Shown: one piece after another, positions 42,491-53,010 of the stretch
Position numbering within the stretch: the first letter of the stretch is position 1
Layout of the letters: the number at the start of each line of letters is the position of its first letter
From: a virus
Length of the DNA stretch: 64,000 bases
Virus record (IMG/VR): IMGVR_UViG_3300045974_000166
Span: 128,098-192,097 of that record
Strand: one strand, 5' to 3'
Notes under the pieces: generated by a model
The model's input: the letters and a program-made list of their open reading frames with translations, nothing else
The model's database searches: none
Told to the model about the DNA's origin: nothing
Translations under genes and position numbers: made by a program

Positions 42491-42752
42491 CTATCTCTGC
42501 ACTGGATGTAATCAGGTCTCAGAACTACCAAAGAAAATTGCCGATAGAGATGCCGTAGAAACTGATGCCTGTAATAGCTGTGGAGCTGTGGGTAAACTAA
42601 CACGACTCTTATCTTCAGCGACTATAGGATATTCTACTGTGGTCGCTGGTGGTTATGGGAACAAAGTGCCTGACGGCTTCAAAGAAGTACTTAAAAAGAT
42701 CCACCGAGCTGCACCAGGATCTCAAATGGACAAGACATCAACTTTCATGTAA
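42477..42752 (+). CDS. FmdB-like zinc-ribbon protein
   Basis: YDYLCTGC...CNSCG...VPDGFKEVLKKI. Confidence 0.85.
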   Translation: MALYDYLCTGCNQVSELPKKIADRDAVETDACNSCGAVGKLTRLLSSATIGYSTVVAGGYGNKVPDGFKEVLKKIHRAAPGSQMDKTSTFM

Positions 42753-42828
42753 ACATTAAATCGGTTTAGGAAGGAAAACCAAAAGTATCGTATTCTCAAT
42801 TTCAAAATAACTCTAAGGGAAATACTAC

Positions 42829-43647
42829 ATGGCACGTGCTCCAGCAACACCAAGAAAATCAACTCCTTCAACACAAACAGAGCGTACAGCGAAACGCCTA
42901 GCCCGGCAACAAAAGGCATTAGAAAAAGATCTTATTAATGAAATGACCGCCAAGGTAGCACCAAATGGCGGAAAAATGGTCAAATTGGCAGACATTAAAA
43001 AATTGTCTCCACTCACAGAAACTCAGAAGCATTTTTTCCAAGCTTGGGAAAATGGCGATGCAGATGGATATATCCTACACGGTACTGTAGGAACTGGTAA
43101 AAGTTTCATGGCAGTATATTTTGCTCTCATGGAAATTCTATATCAAGAATCTAAATTCAAGAAATTGATCATCATTCGCTCTTCGGTACCTACTCGTGAT
43201 ATGGGATTTTTGCCAGGTGATCTAGATGAAAAGATGGCCGTGTATGAAATGCCTTATGTACAAATTTGTGCAGAACTTACTAACAACAAGCATGCATATG
43301 AAAAGTTGAAGGAAACTGGTAAGATTGAATTCATGTCATCTTCATTCCTTCGCGGCACGACGTTCAGAGATGCTATTGTGTTAGTAGATGAAATTCAGGA
43401 TTTGAACTGGCATGAAATTTCTACCGTCATTTCTCGTGTTGGTGAGAATACAATCATGATCTGCTGTGGTGATGGTAAGCAGGATGACTTGATTAAGTCT
43501 AAAAATGATGTATCTGGTTTCAGAGACTTCCTTTCTGCCACTCGGTTGATGCCTGAGTTTAGATCATTCCGATTTACTACCGAAGACATTGTGAGAAGTA
43601 GCTTTGTGAAGTCTTTTATTATTGCATGTGAGAAACTTGGACTATAG
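42829..43647 (+). CDS. phoH: PhoH-family ATPase
   Basis: GTVGTGKS, MGFLPGDLDEK, FLRGTTF, VDEIQD, CGDGKQDD, DIVRS. Confidence 0.93.
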   Translation: MARAPATPRKSTPSTQTERTAKRLARQQKALEKDLINEMTAKVAPNGGKMVKLADIKKLSPLTETQKHFFQAWENGDADGYILHGTVGTGKSFMAVYFALMEILYQESKFKKLIIIRSSVPTRDMGFLPGDLDEKMAVYEMPYVQICAELTNNKHAYEKLKETGKIEFMSSSFLRGTTFRDAIVLVDEIQDLNWHEISTVISRVGENTIMICCGDGKQDDLIKSKNDVSGFRDFLSATRLMPEFRSFRFTTEDIVRSSFVKSFIIACEKLGL

Positions 43648-44319
43648 ATGAAAAACTTTATTCGTTATGAAGATGTGAAACCCCAGAATTTTGAACTCTT
43701 CCGAGATGATTCTGGGCCGATAAGATACTACATTGACCCAGAAGGAAATAAGTACAGATCCGTTACTTCCTTTGTGGGTCAATTTAGTTCTGGCAAGGAA
43801 AGTATTGCTGCATGGAGAGATGCCGTCGGACATACCGAGGCAGATAAAATCACTAAGGCAGCAGCTACTCGGGGCACAGCTATCCATTTGGCATGTGAAA
43901 ACCTCCTCCTAAATAAGCCGTGGGACGATATATCTATGTTTTACAAACAAGATTTTCTTACCATGAAAAAGCATTTAGAAGAGCACGTAGATAATGTCTT
44001 TGTGCTTGAACATCAAATGTTCTCTAAGATGTTAAGTTTGGCAGGTACAGTAGATTGTATAGCAGAATATGATGGAAAACTTGCAATTGTTGACTTCAAA
44101 ACTTCGTCTCGGCTGAAGTATAAAGAAGACATCAATGCTTATTTTCTACAGTGTGCTGCATATGCATGTATGGTATTTGAAAGATATGGAATTAGAATAA
44201 GTGAGTTGGTTATTCTAATGGTAGTAGAGGGTGGTGCAAATGTAGAGGTATTCACAGAGCCATCGGTCAAGTGGATGAAAGAATTATTAAAACTAACGGC
44301 AGAAGCCAATAAGGAATAA
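43648..44319 (+). CDS. PD-(D/E)xK exonuclease
   Basis: YRSVTS, RGTAIH, AGTVDC, IVDFKTS, YFLQCAAY. Confidence 0.9.
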   Translation: MKNFIRYEDVKPQNFELFRDDSGPIRYYIDPEGNKYRSVTSFVGQFSSGKESIAAWRDAVGHTEADKITKAAATRGTAIHLACENLLLNKPWDDISMFYKQDFLTMKKHLEEHVDNVFVLEHQMFSKMLSLAGTVDCIAEYDGKLAIVDFKTSSRLKYKEDINAYFLQCAAYACMVFERYGIRISELVILMVVEGGANVEVFTEPSVKWMKELLKLTAEANKE

Positions 44320-44321
44320 CT

Positions 44322-45029
44322 ATGAAAATGAGAAATAACGACACAGAACAGATCATTGAACTTATTCAACAAGACAGTATGCCATCTATGATTAAAACTC
44401 ATAAGCAGGCAGTTGCTGTTCACACAGTATTCTTTGATGAAGATATTGGACCTGCTTCAAAATACCGCGAGTTGATTCATCTGCTTTACTCTGCTGAAGA
44501 GTTTGATCAGTTTGTGTTTGTAGTAAATTCTTCTGGTGGAGATTTGGATGGAGCACTATCTATTATTGAAGGCATTAAAGCTTCAAATGCTACCGTACGA
44601 GCAATCATTACCGGTAAATGTCATTCTGCTGCTTCTATCATCTCTTTGAATTGTGATGATGTCATGGTAACTGGATCTGCTCATATGTTAGTACATACTG
44701 CTTCTTATGGTGCCTATGGTTCTACCGGACAAGTTAAGTCAAATGTTGACTTCTCTACCAAGCAGATCAAGCAGATTTTGGAAAATACCTATGGTGGATT
44801 CTTGACTCCAGCTGAAATCATCGATGTTCATAAAGGTGTCGAGTTTTGGTTTGACAACAAGGAAATTGCCAAACGTCTACTCAGCAAAGTTAAATTTATT
44901 GAGGAAACAGCTGTACCTCATGCTAAGGTAGCTAAACTAAAAAAGGAACCAGTACTTCCACCAGTCAAGGAAGAAGTGAAGGTTCCAGTTAAAAAGATTC
45001 CTGTAAAGAAATCTAAGAAATCTGCTTAA
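44322..45029 (+). CDS. ClpP-like serine protease
   Basis: NSSGGDL, CHSAASI, MLVH. Confidence 0.8.
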   Translation: MKMRNNDTEQIIELIQQDSMPSMIKTHKQAVAVHTVFFDEDIGPASKYRELIHLLYSAEEFDQFVFVVNSSGGDLDGALSIIEGIKASNATVRAIITGKCHSAASIISLNCDDVMVTGSAHMLVHTASYGAYGSTGQVKSNVDFSTKQIKQILENTYGGFLTPAEIIDVHKGVEFWFDNKEIAKRLLSKVKFIEETAVPHAKVAKLKKEPVLPPVKEEVKVPVKKIPVKKSKKSA

Positions 45030-45092
45030 TACGTTGCATTGAAATTACCGCCGGTGGCTGTGAGGTCAACCGTGCTTATTGTTTGACCTGGT

Positions 45093-45114
45093 CCCACGTT
45101 ATGGCTTATTTAAT
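45093..45114. repeat. 22-bp direct repeat, copy 1 (copy 2 at 47834-47855)
   Basis: CCCACGTTATGGCTTATTTAAT vs CCCATGTTATGGCTTATTTAAT, 21/22 identical. Confidence 0.85.
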
Positions 45115-46330
45115 ATGCCGTGAAGTTTCCTGCGAGTGGGACAGTCTGTACTGTATAGACTGTAGCATCGCTATGCGCCGATGACATAGCATTCATGGCT
45201 GTTGTTATCATTGATATATCGATGCCATAATCAGGTCCTCCACCAGGAGTATAAAGTGCAGTTGCTAAAGTAGGATAATGTGTTGCGCCTATAGTAATCG
45301 GATATACTACGGGTCCACTAGAATCGCCCGAAATTATCGAACTTGTCCAATTAGTACATGTAGAGAATATTGAATGTGTTCCGATATTTCCTGTCACCCA
45401 GCCGCCATAGGCACCAAGTACACGATGATTACTTGAACCTATATTTGCCATCAAATTACAAGCAAGTGAGAAAAAAACAATATGACCAGTTTTTATGTAA
45501 GAAATATAGTCATAAGGAAGAAAATAGTACGGAGTTATTGGTGGTTGGCCATTGTTCCAGCTTAGATAAACAACACAGATGTCGCCACCATTTACTGGGT
45601 ATGTTATATCTACACAAGTTGCAGGCCATAGTACATTATTAGTGTCTAACCAGTATAGAGTTAAACCACGAAATAAACCCCCAGATTCTGCCCAATGCTT
45701 TGCACATATAGCATGACGCGAACTAATAAGATGCATTGGATCTGACTGGCCATTAGCATTTGTGCCACCATAAAATCCCAAGGACGATGCAGCAAACACC
45801 CAACTTGGAAATGGAGCATTTGGATTTCTCTGGAAGTTAGGGTAAGTTCCCGTGTAAGTTCTAGAATTTGCATCATTGTATGTTTTTCCAGATACCCATC
45901 CAGCAATTGTATCTAACATACTCCTTCTAAATGATCCGTTGATAAAACCGGTTATCAAATATGTTGGGGTATTTGCAGGAATATTTGTGATATATTTTGA
46001 GACTACTATAGAACCTATGTCGTTGGTTATTAAAGTCTTAGAAGTTCCAGATGATACATAACTTACTTTTCCTAGAGAATCAACAGACGAAATACTTGGT
46101 GTCAAACTTGAAAAAGTACATCCACTTTTGCTAGGAATTATATTAAAATTTGTATTCTGAGACTGACTATTGTATGTGTCGAATGTATAATCAAGTAAAC
46201 TATTAGAACCTATATTAGAACCCACGGTGATTAGGTCATCAACTGTTGATGCATGTAGGTTCTCGAGAACAGAATAACCTCGTATTTTCACCGAGGTGCC
46301 ACGTACTATGGAAGTCATACTGAGTACCAA
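45110..46330 (-). CDS. Ig-like segment plus trypsin-like serine protease
   Basis: FSSLTPSISSVDSLGKV (Big_2-like); LISSRHAICAKH, DICVV, GDSSGP. Confidence 0.65.
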   Translation of the reverse strand: MVLSMTSIVRGTSVKIRGYSVLENLHASTVDDLITVGSNIGSNSLLDYTFDTYNSQSQNTNFNIIPSKSGCTFSSLTPSISSVDSLGKVSYVSSGTSKTLITNDIGSIVVSKYITNIPANTPTYLITGFINGSFRRSMLDTIAGWVSGKTYNDANSRTYTGTYPNFQRNPNAPFPSWVFAASSLGFYGGTNANGQSDPMHLISSRHAICAKHWAESGGLFRGLTLYWLDTNNVLWPATCVDITYPVNGGDICVVYLSWNNGQPPITPYYFLPYDYISYIKTGHIVFFSLACNLMANIGSSNHRVLGAYGGWVTGNIGTHSIFSTCTNWTSSIISGDSSGPVVYPITIGATHYPTLATALYTPGGGPDYGIDISMITTAMNAMSSAHSDATVYTVQTVPLAGNFTAY

Positions 46331-47838
46331 ACACTGCCGTCATTAGCAAGTATAGTACCAGAATTAACATTTGGTACTGCTTTACCGGCGGCAGGAGTTG
46401 TCTTTGATGCAGTTGCATCTACAATGACCCCTAGACCAGAAACTAAACGACTATTAATAGTAATATAAAGCCAATTTGGAAATGCGCTAACAGGTGTATT
46501 ATGAAGATAGATATTAGATTCGGAACATACTTTACAACAGTTAGCCATTGTTATTGAAGATCCAGCTAATGAAATGGGTGCTGGCCCGATTAAACTGCTG
46601 TTATTATTCAAATACAGAGAACTAGGATATGTTATCTCAGATACGTCTGGAGAACCAATAGAAATATCATTCACGTAAGTTAAATTACAACCATTGACTA
46701 TGTTTAACGATGATGTCATTAAGTAACCACCATTAGAAAGTGATTCATTAGCATAACCATCAAACGTCACACCATCATGGAAAATAAGTGAATTTTCCAT
46801 GTATGGAAAATGGCCGCCTTTACTTTTAGTAATGACTACACCCACACCAAAGCCAGCAGCAGCTCCACCAAACGACACACATGTAAAACCCCCAAACCAT
46901 GATATCTCCGGGGCCGATTCTATCCAAGATGCATTAGGATATAAACCAAATGAATCTACACCGCCCGGCGGCACACCTGCAACAGCTGTTGCATATACGT
47001 ATTTGAAAGTTACTGTAGTAGAACTCAATGAATCAACTAAATATACGCCTCCAAATCTATATGATCCATGCAATAATCCAACTGGTTGACCTACAGAAAA
47101 TTTACCTATATCGATTACTGGATAAGATAAAACAAATGTTATTTTTCTTGTTGCATCAGTTGATCCTGACATGCTATATGAAGTTGTTGCGACCGCAGAT
47201 GGATTGATTGATGAACCTTGAATAAATAGCCACGGTAGAGATTTTGTCGGTTCAGTAATATAAGCTGTTCTACCTGGGGGTAGAACTAAAATTATTTTGA
47301 CATTTTCTAATGCATAACACTGCTGTAGAAAAACTATAGCAGTGTCTAATGTTGTAAAATGTGTGCCTATTGTATACGTTGCATTAGCGGTAAATAATCC
47401 TGGCTTATTATTGGCAGGAATTGTAGTAACAACAGCAGTGGGAATTGGATATGGATAGTAAACTGTTCCACCATTTGTAGAGCCGGAATATTGAACTATT
47501 GCTTTTGTATCTGTTGCTGATGCTAGTTCACCAATCCCACCAACTTGTGACAGCAGACCAGTGCCACCATAGGCACCAAGTACATCAGTTCGTGGTATTA
47601 GATTAACTACTAATTCTGGTATAATTGTACCAGCTGAATCTCTTAAAATGCCATCATTAATACCAGAACTATTAGTTTTTAATCCAACAGAAACAAAAGT
47701 TGATGGGGTACCTAGATTATTAAATGTTGCCCCAGAAAATCCATAACTACCTGGATTTGCTAGAACCTCGGCAGGAAAACTTCCAATACCGGTTTTTTGT
47801 AGTTGTTCTTTGTAAGATATTGCCATAATTGCTCCCAT
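46315..47838 (-). CDS. putative virion/fibre-associated beta-rich protein
   Basis: N-terminus SYKEQLQKTGIGSFPAEVL shared with the next gene; G/S/T-rich. Confidence 0.6.
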   Translation of the reverse strand: MGAIMAISYKEQLQKTGIGSFPAEVLANPGSYGFSGATFNNLGTPSTFVSVGLKTNSSGINDGILRDSAGTIIPELVVNLIPRTDVLGAYGGTGLLSQVGGIGELASATDTKAIVQYSGSTNGGTVYYPYPIPTAVVTTIPANNKPGLFTANATYTIGTHFTTLDTAIVFLQQCYALENVKIILVLPPGRTAYITEPTKSLPWLFIQGSSINPSAVATTSYSMSGSTDATRKITFVLSYPVIDIGKFSVGQPVGLLHGSYRFGGVYLVDSLSSTTVTFKYVYATAVAGVPPGGVDSFGLYPNASWIESAPEISWFGGFTCVSFGGAAAGFGVGVVITKSKGGHFPYMENSLIFHDGVTFDGYANESLSNGGYLMTSSLNIVNGCNLTYVNDISIGSPDVSEITYPSSLYLNNNSSLIGPAPISLAGSSITMANCCKVCSESNIYLHNTPVSAFPNWLYITINSRLVSGLGVIVDATASKTTPAAGKAVPNVNSGTILANDGSVWYSV

Positions 47839-47855
47839 GTTATGGCTTATTTAAT
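47834..47855. repeat. 22-bp direct repeat, copy 2
   Basis: see 45093-45114. Confidence 0.85.
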
Positions 47856-49580
47856 CTATGCTTCTTTCCAAATTGAGTATATCAAACTGCCGGCTGCAGC
47901 TCCAATTCGAGTTACTATAGTAAGAGTTAAAAAGTCTTGACTGTCACCAACAACACCAGTAATTGGTTGTATATTTCCACCAGGTGTCGGTGGAGTATAG
48001 CCCCATAGGTTCACAGTGTATACACCAGTGGCAAAATGACTAACATTCAATCCAATCTCGGCTACACCTATACTAGAAGTTTTTCCATAAGAACCATATT
48101 TTTGACCATTGGCAAGACCAGCAATGCTAAATTGAATGTTGATCACTTGGGTGCCACTTGCATTGGCTGGCCATGTTACAGTTTTAGTTGTCGTATTAAT
48201 TGTCCAACCGGCCGATGTGTCAGAAACAATTCCATTTGTTGGAGTAGTATCCGTAGGTAGAGTTATGGTTGTCATTGGAGGATGATTTGAAATAACTCTT
48301 TGCATACCTGAGACCCAAGACAGACCATCGGCATTGTAAATCTTGAAGTCTGTATTCCAATCCCATAGACTTACTGGCAATCCACTAGACAATGAAAATT
48401 GTCTGATAGACTGATAGTGTGTAAGTCTATCAGCTATTGTTGCTGTAATCTTGGCACCTGCTTCGCCGATGTACATCTTGCGGTTATGTGCTACACCCCA
48501 AGCAGCAATCGTATCAAAATTCCATGATAGTAATCTTGTACCATTGGCAGTTAGCGCAACACCAGAAGCTTGATGGGTGAAAGTAAATGGATCATACACG
48601 TGAACAGATACACCAACATTGGCATCAGCTGGCAATATCAAATTGTTTAGATCAGTCAGATTTGCTTGTGTATATGATTCTACCCAAAGTACACGTGTAG
48701 TATTTTTGCCACCAGTTGCTCGGATAGCTGCAACAATTGGTGCTATAGCATTTGACCATTCGGTTGAGGTTACACCGGCTGGTGTAGTCAAATTGGCGGC
48801 ACCAGCCGTGCGTGGTTCAGCGTACGGTTCATTAAGCAAGTCAAAACTCAAACGACTAGACACTGCAGCATACCTAGTGGCAATTTGCACCCATATTGTC
48901 TGAAGTCGGACTAGATGCTGTGCTGCCGTATATGCAACAGTCGTTGAAGGATACTCACCCCAAGCATGTTGATTTACTAGCTGTAAGTATCCATGGAAGT
49001 CAAGAACAACTCGCTGAAACATACCAACACATTGTGTAACTAATGGATCAACATACGTCGTTAAAAATGTTTCATCAACTAGACCAGCTGCATTGGCATG
49101 TGCTGCAAAGTTAACTGGGATCCGAATGTTAGTAAGTCCACCTTCTGATACTGCGGCCGTGAGTTGTGCCGTATTGATCCAACCTCCCGGAGCACCAATG
49201 ACTGGTGAATCAAGATAGTTTCCGAGGTTTAAGCCAAGACCCATATTTGCCACATACTCAGCGATCGTAGTAGGTTCCGTGAGTACTAACGTTGGGAAAA
49301 TATAATTAGTTGTTGTGGCTGGAATCAGTGATATTGTTGCTAGAGCAGCTTCGATGGCATTAAGTCTGGCGTGGACATTTGCTATATCTACACCACCGGC
49401 ACCAACTACAATAATAGAAATTGGTCCAGCACCAGAAATTAATCTAATTTCTCCATTTACATCTGAGGAGACAATGCCTACGTTTGAACCGTAGGACCCC
49501 TGATTAGATAGGACTTCGGCTGGAAAATCTCCAATGCCGGTTTTTTGTAATTGTTCTTTGAACGATAAAGTCATTTTCAT
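47856..49580 (-). CDS. GH5 (cellulase-family) glycoside hydrolase with shared N-terminal module
   Basis: NLGNYLD, IRIPV, VLDFH, LLNEP acid/base, HVYDPFTFTHQ, YIGEAG nucleophile, WD. Confidence 0.85.
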   Translation of the reverse strand: MKMTLSFKEQLQKTGIGDFPAEVLSNQGSYGSNVGIVSSDVNGEIRLISGAGPISIIVVGAGGVDIANVHARLNAIEAALATISLIPATTTNYIFPTLVLTEPTTIAEYVANMGLGLNLGNYLDSPVIGAPGGWINTAQLTAAVSEGGLTNIRIPVNFAAHANAAGLVDETFLTTYVDPLVTQCVGMFQRVVLDFHGYLQLVNQHAWGEYPSTTVAYTAAQHLVRLQTIWVQIATRYAAVSSRLSFDLLNEPYAEPRTAGAANLTTPAGVTSTEWSNAIAPIVAAIRATGGKNTTRVLWVESYTQANLTDLNNLILPADANVGVSVHVYDPFTFTHQASGVALTANGTRLLSWNFDTIAAWGVAHNRKMYIGEAGAKITATIADRLTHYQSIRQFSLSSGLPVSLWDWNTDFKIYNADGLSWVSGMQRVISNHPPMTTITLPTDTTPTNGIVSDTSAGWTINTTTKTVTWPANASGTQVINIQFSIAGLANGQKYGSYGKTSSIGVAEIGLNVSHFATGVYTVNLWGYTPPTPGGNIQPITGVVGDSQDFLTLTIVTRIGAAAGSLIYSIWKEA

Positions 49581-49616
49581 TTTCTTTCAATAGTGTTGGC
49601 TGGGGGCCCCCACATT

Positions 49617-49624
49617 TATTTATA
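49617..49624 (-). promoter_or_regulatory. T4-type late promoter
   Basis: TATAAATA on the minus strand upstream of the GH5 gene. Confidence 0.7.
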
Positions 49625-49685
49625 AGAAAATGATCGTTTTTGTTTGTACGGTAGATAACATAGTACACTATGTTACACTTAATAC

Positions 49686-51341
49686 TTACCGCTTTATCTC
49701 ATAACGATCTTTCCAGATGTTCTGAGTCGACTTGAATAGTGTTTCGGAAGACTTATCAAGAAAGTATGTGGCAGCTGTATCCTCTGAACTTCTTATGCTA
49801 CGGCCCATGCCCTGCAGAATTTTATACAGCGTCATCTCTCTATAAATATCCCCATATGAATCGGCAATCTTTTTGACCCTAAGGTCACCAAGAGATGCGT
49901 ATGGAGTCTTACAGACGATCTGATACCGAGATTCGTCATCCTTAAAGTCCAAGCCTTCAAATATAGAGGGCGACATAAGTACACCAGACCCAGTATGTTT
50001 TCTAAACGATTCTACGATCTCTGCCGAATTAGTTCCTTGTTCGTGTAGGAACAATCGGACAGACTTTGGAATCGCATTAGACAGCATCTTAGACGCATAG
50101 AACGATGGAACTAGAATGATGCCCTTATCACCTTTGTGGTGGTCGACGATAAACTGAATCACCTTGGCCATATCCTTGAACGTCTGAGGATCTTTCATCT
50201 TTTGATAGTTCAGGTTTTCCTTACCGATAAAGAAGATCGGTTTGTTCTCTTTGGGAAATACATCTTCTGGATTGATATAAGCGGTGTCGGCAGGATCAAG
50301 ATTGAAAGTCGTCTTTGCAAAACTCTTAGAAATTGTTGCTGACATGAAAAGATTGAAACGACCCAAAAGTAAATGCATCATATCTGAGACAAAGATTGGC
50401 TTGATACTAATCTGTTTATCTACCGTATCATCAAAGACGTGGTCATAATCATGTTCAAAGAATGAAACGATAAGATCACCCAATCGAGAGAAACGAGAAC
50501 CAACCTTTCGAACTTTAATTTTAGCCTTTAGATCTGGAATCAGTGCAGCTTGGTGTGAGCAAATATCTACAATCGATTGATAGATTTTTAACAATTCATT
50601 AATCTTTACTTTGTAATTGCTTATGTTGATTGCTCTTCGTTCTATATCCTTTTTGAACAAAACTAAATCTGCTTTTTGATTATCAGCTTTACCGTTCAGA
50701 TCATTTAACAGTGTACATAGTTTATCTAGTAGATCAACCGATACATCAATAGAAACTTGAGAGCAGAACGTTTCATTAAGCAAATGGGCCTCGTCAAAGA
50801 CCTGTAGATTCCGTTCCATTAAATGTTCAGACTTGAGTTTGGAAATCAAGAAGTAAGAATAGTTTGTAATTAGATTTTGCGTCTTGTTGATGATCTTTTT
50901 ATTCTGATCATACATACAATTCTTACAGTACTTGTTTTCTTCCATTTCTGAGAGTTCAGTCTTGACACAATCCTCTCCTGTAGCAAATTTGTTGCCGCGC
51001 TCAATAAAATATTGGCAACCGTAGTTCCGAGCACCCTTTATTCGAAAGAATTTCATCTCAGGTAGATGCTTAAAAGAATCACCGTACTGGTCAATCAGTT
51101 GGTTTGTTGAGGATAAATATATTCCGGATAGGTTGGATTCGGCTACGGTTTTCATAACCTCAGCCACTACAGCTGCAATGATAGATTTACCGATACCAGT
51201 TCCTGCACAAAGAATTACATTTTTCTTTTTATCATCTAAGTAAGCCGATACTATATCATTGATGATTTCGACCTGATTATTTCTGGGTGAAAATCCTAGT
51301 ACTTTAAAAGCAGTAAGAATTTCTTGATCACGATTTGCCAT
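49686..51341 (-). CDS. DinG/XPD-like SF2 helicase
   Basis: PRNNQ, AGTGIGKS, FDEAH, MSATI, FEGLDF, QGMGRSIRS. Confidence 0.9.
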   Translation of the reverse strand: MANRDQEILTAFKVLGFSPRNNQVEIINDIVSAYLDDKKKNVILCAGTGIGKSIIAAVVAEVMKTVAESNLSGIYLSSTNQLIDQYGDSFKHLPEMKFFRIKGARNYGCQYFIERGNKFATGEDCVKTELSEMEENKYCKNCMYDQNKKIINKTQNLITNYSYFLISKLKSEHLMERNLQVFDEAHLLNETFCSQVSIDVSVDLLDKLCTLLNDLNGKADNQKADLVLFKKDIERRAINISNYKVKINELLKIYQSIVDICSHQAALIPDLKAKIKVRKVGSRFSRLGDLIVSFFEHDYDHVFDDTVDKQISIKPIFVSDMMHLLLGRFNLFMSATISKSFAKTTFNLDPADTAYINPEDVFPKENKPIFFIGKENLNYQKMKDPQTFKDMAKVIQFIVDHHKGDKGIILVPSFYASKMLSNAIPKSVRLFLHEQGTNSAEIVESFRKHTGSGVLMSPSIFEGLDFKDDESRYQIVCKTPYASLGDLRVKKIADSYGDIYREMTLYKILQGMGRSIRSSEDTAATYFLDKSSETLFKSTQNIWKDRYEIKR

Positions 51342-51450
51342 GAAGGCCTTTCATTGTTAAATTGAATGGTTGATTATAATCTATTTTGAACAAAAAGTAA
51401 AATTTTTAGCATCCCTTTATAGATCAACAACTTACACAGTCAAAAAAGAT

Positions 51451-51479
51451 TTTACATCTATAGAAATCTATGGTATAAT
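51451..51479 (+). promoter_or_regulatory. early promoter
   Basis: TTTACA-17-TATAAT. Confidence 0.75.
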
Positions 51480-51720
51480 TACCTTTAGAAACGCCTTAGA
51501 GTGTTCACGGCTCTCCCCTCTGTACGCCTACAGGCATGCGGAAGAAGAATCTAAAAGTACTCTATAGAATAAAAGCTAGACTACTAGCTTACCCGGAATG
51601 CAATGGAGGGTGTACTTTACCGTGGACTAACTCTAGAGTATTCTTACACACTTATTGCTAAAGTAAGGGCATTCGGTACCCTCAGCCCTTGTAGCCCTAG
51701 CTACTGATCCACTAAATAAT

Positions 51721-51748
51721 TTTACTTTGAATCTAAATTGATTAGAAT
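51721..51748 (+). promoter_or_regulatory. promoter
   Basis: TTTACT-16-TAGAAT. Confidence 0.6.
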
Positions 51749-51768
51749 AAAACAATTAAGGAAAACAT

Positions 51769-52299
51769 ATGAACGACTTCTCTGTGATGATAGATGTGGA
51801 AACATTCTCCACTAATAAAAATGCTGCACTAGCATCCATTGGTGCTTTAAAGTTTAACGATAAAGAAATCCTAGACAAATTCTACATCAATGTAGATCCT
51901 ATTACATCTAAAGCGGCTGGACTACACTTTAGTCAATCCACTATCGACTGGTGGAAATCTCAGAAACCTGAAGCATTTGCAGCTCTAAAGAATAACCGCT
52001 ATACATTATCCAATGCTCTAGATCAGTTCTCAGAGTGGTATGGCACTAAAGGTGTACCAACTTGGGCTAATAGTACAGATGTCTGGGCCTGTGGTCCGGA
52101 TTTTGATCTAGTAATTATGGAAGCAAACTATGCAGCTGCAGGTAAAAAGCATCCTTGGAAATATTCCGACGCTAGATGCTTTAGAACTTTTAAGGCTATG
52201 TTTAAAGCTGCCACAGTCCGCCAAGGTGTCTACCATAATGCTTTGGATGATGCCATATTCCAAGCACAGTACATGATCGATGTACTAAATAAGAAATAA
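51769..52299 (+). CDS. DEDDh 3'-5' exonuclease (Rv2179c / exonuclease VIII-like)
   Basis: MIDVET, SIGA, WACGPDFD, HNALDDA. Confidence 0.88.
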   Translation: MNDFSVMIDVETFSTNKNAALASIGALKFNDKEILDKFYINVDPITSKAAGLHFSQSTIDWWKSQKPEAFAALKNNRYTLSNALDQFSEWYGTKGVPTWANSTDVWACGPDFDLVIMEANYAAAGKKHPWKYSDARCFRTFKAMFKAATVRQGVYHNALDDAIFQAQYMIDVLNKK

Positions 52300-52315
52300 A
52301 CTTAAGGAAAACTAA

Positions 52316-52759
52316 ATGAGAAATTATGATCGCGTTAGTAACTGGCTAAAAGTTGCTGGTAAAGAACCATCTGTACAAACTATGTCAGTACAGACTGGTG
52401 TGATGATTGAGGAATTTGTAGAGTTTCTTGAAACAATTTCATTCGGACACGGACCTTTTGAACAGACCCATCTAGATGAAGCAATCGAATCACTCCAAAA
52501 GGTTGCTCACGGACTCAAGAAAGATGGTAAGCTTTTGGACATCAGAAACCGTGTTAACTGTTTAGATGCTCTCTGTGACATTGATGTTACCTTGAACGGT
52601 GTAGCATTCCTGGCTGGTTTTGATAAGAATGGTGCCGATGATGAAGTGTTGGATTCAAACGACTCAAAATTTGTTGATGGCAGAGCAGTCATCCTCCCGG
52701 GTGGAAAAATTGGCAAAGGTCCATACTATGTTGCACCTAATCTGGAGTCATATACATGA
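52316..52759 (+). CDS. MazG-like / PRA-PH NTP pyrophosphohydrolase
   Basis: IEEFVE, LDALCD, VLDSNDSK, GKIGKG. Confidence 0.8.
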   Translation: MRNYDRVSNWLKVAGKEPSVQTMSVQTGVMIEEFVEFLETISFGHGPFEQTHLDEAIESLQKVAHGLKKDGKLLDIRNRVNCLDALCDIDVTLNGVAFLAGFDKNGADDEVLDSNDSKFVDGRAVILPGGKIGKGPYYVAPNLESYT

Positions 52760-53010
52760 GTAATCTATTTAGAAAAGTTAGGATCATACACTCACCACTG
52801 GAATCAAGATATGTAGTAGAGCAAAAATCTCTATTCGGATTCCGTTGGGATAAGATTGAAAATTATGACTATGTGACTGTACCCAATTATAGCATGCATG
52901 GGTCTCATGATCTTCCACCAGAAGCATTTGAAAAAGCTAAAAAGAAGGCAGAAATTCTTTTAGCAAAATCGGTAGTCTGGGAACAAACTAACTATTACTG
53001 GCATGCATGA
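52756..53010 (+). CDS. hypothetical protein
   Basis: ATGA overlap. Confidence 0.7.
   Translation: MSNLFRKVRIIHSPLESRYVVEQKSLFGFRWDKIENYDYVTVPNYSMHGSHDLPPEAFEKAKKKAEILLAKSVVWEQTNYYWHA

Noticed and set aside
43648-51341. Type IV CRISPR or Cas4 system from the PD-(D/E)xK nuclease plus DinG
   Set aside because: Both are common stand-alone genes in large phages; no Cas7/Cas5/Cas6-like genes or array nearby.
51370-51567. 65-aa ORF
   Set aside because: TTG start, overlaps a promoter, no RBS; likely spurious.
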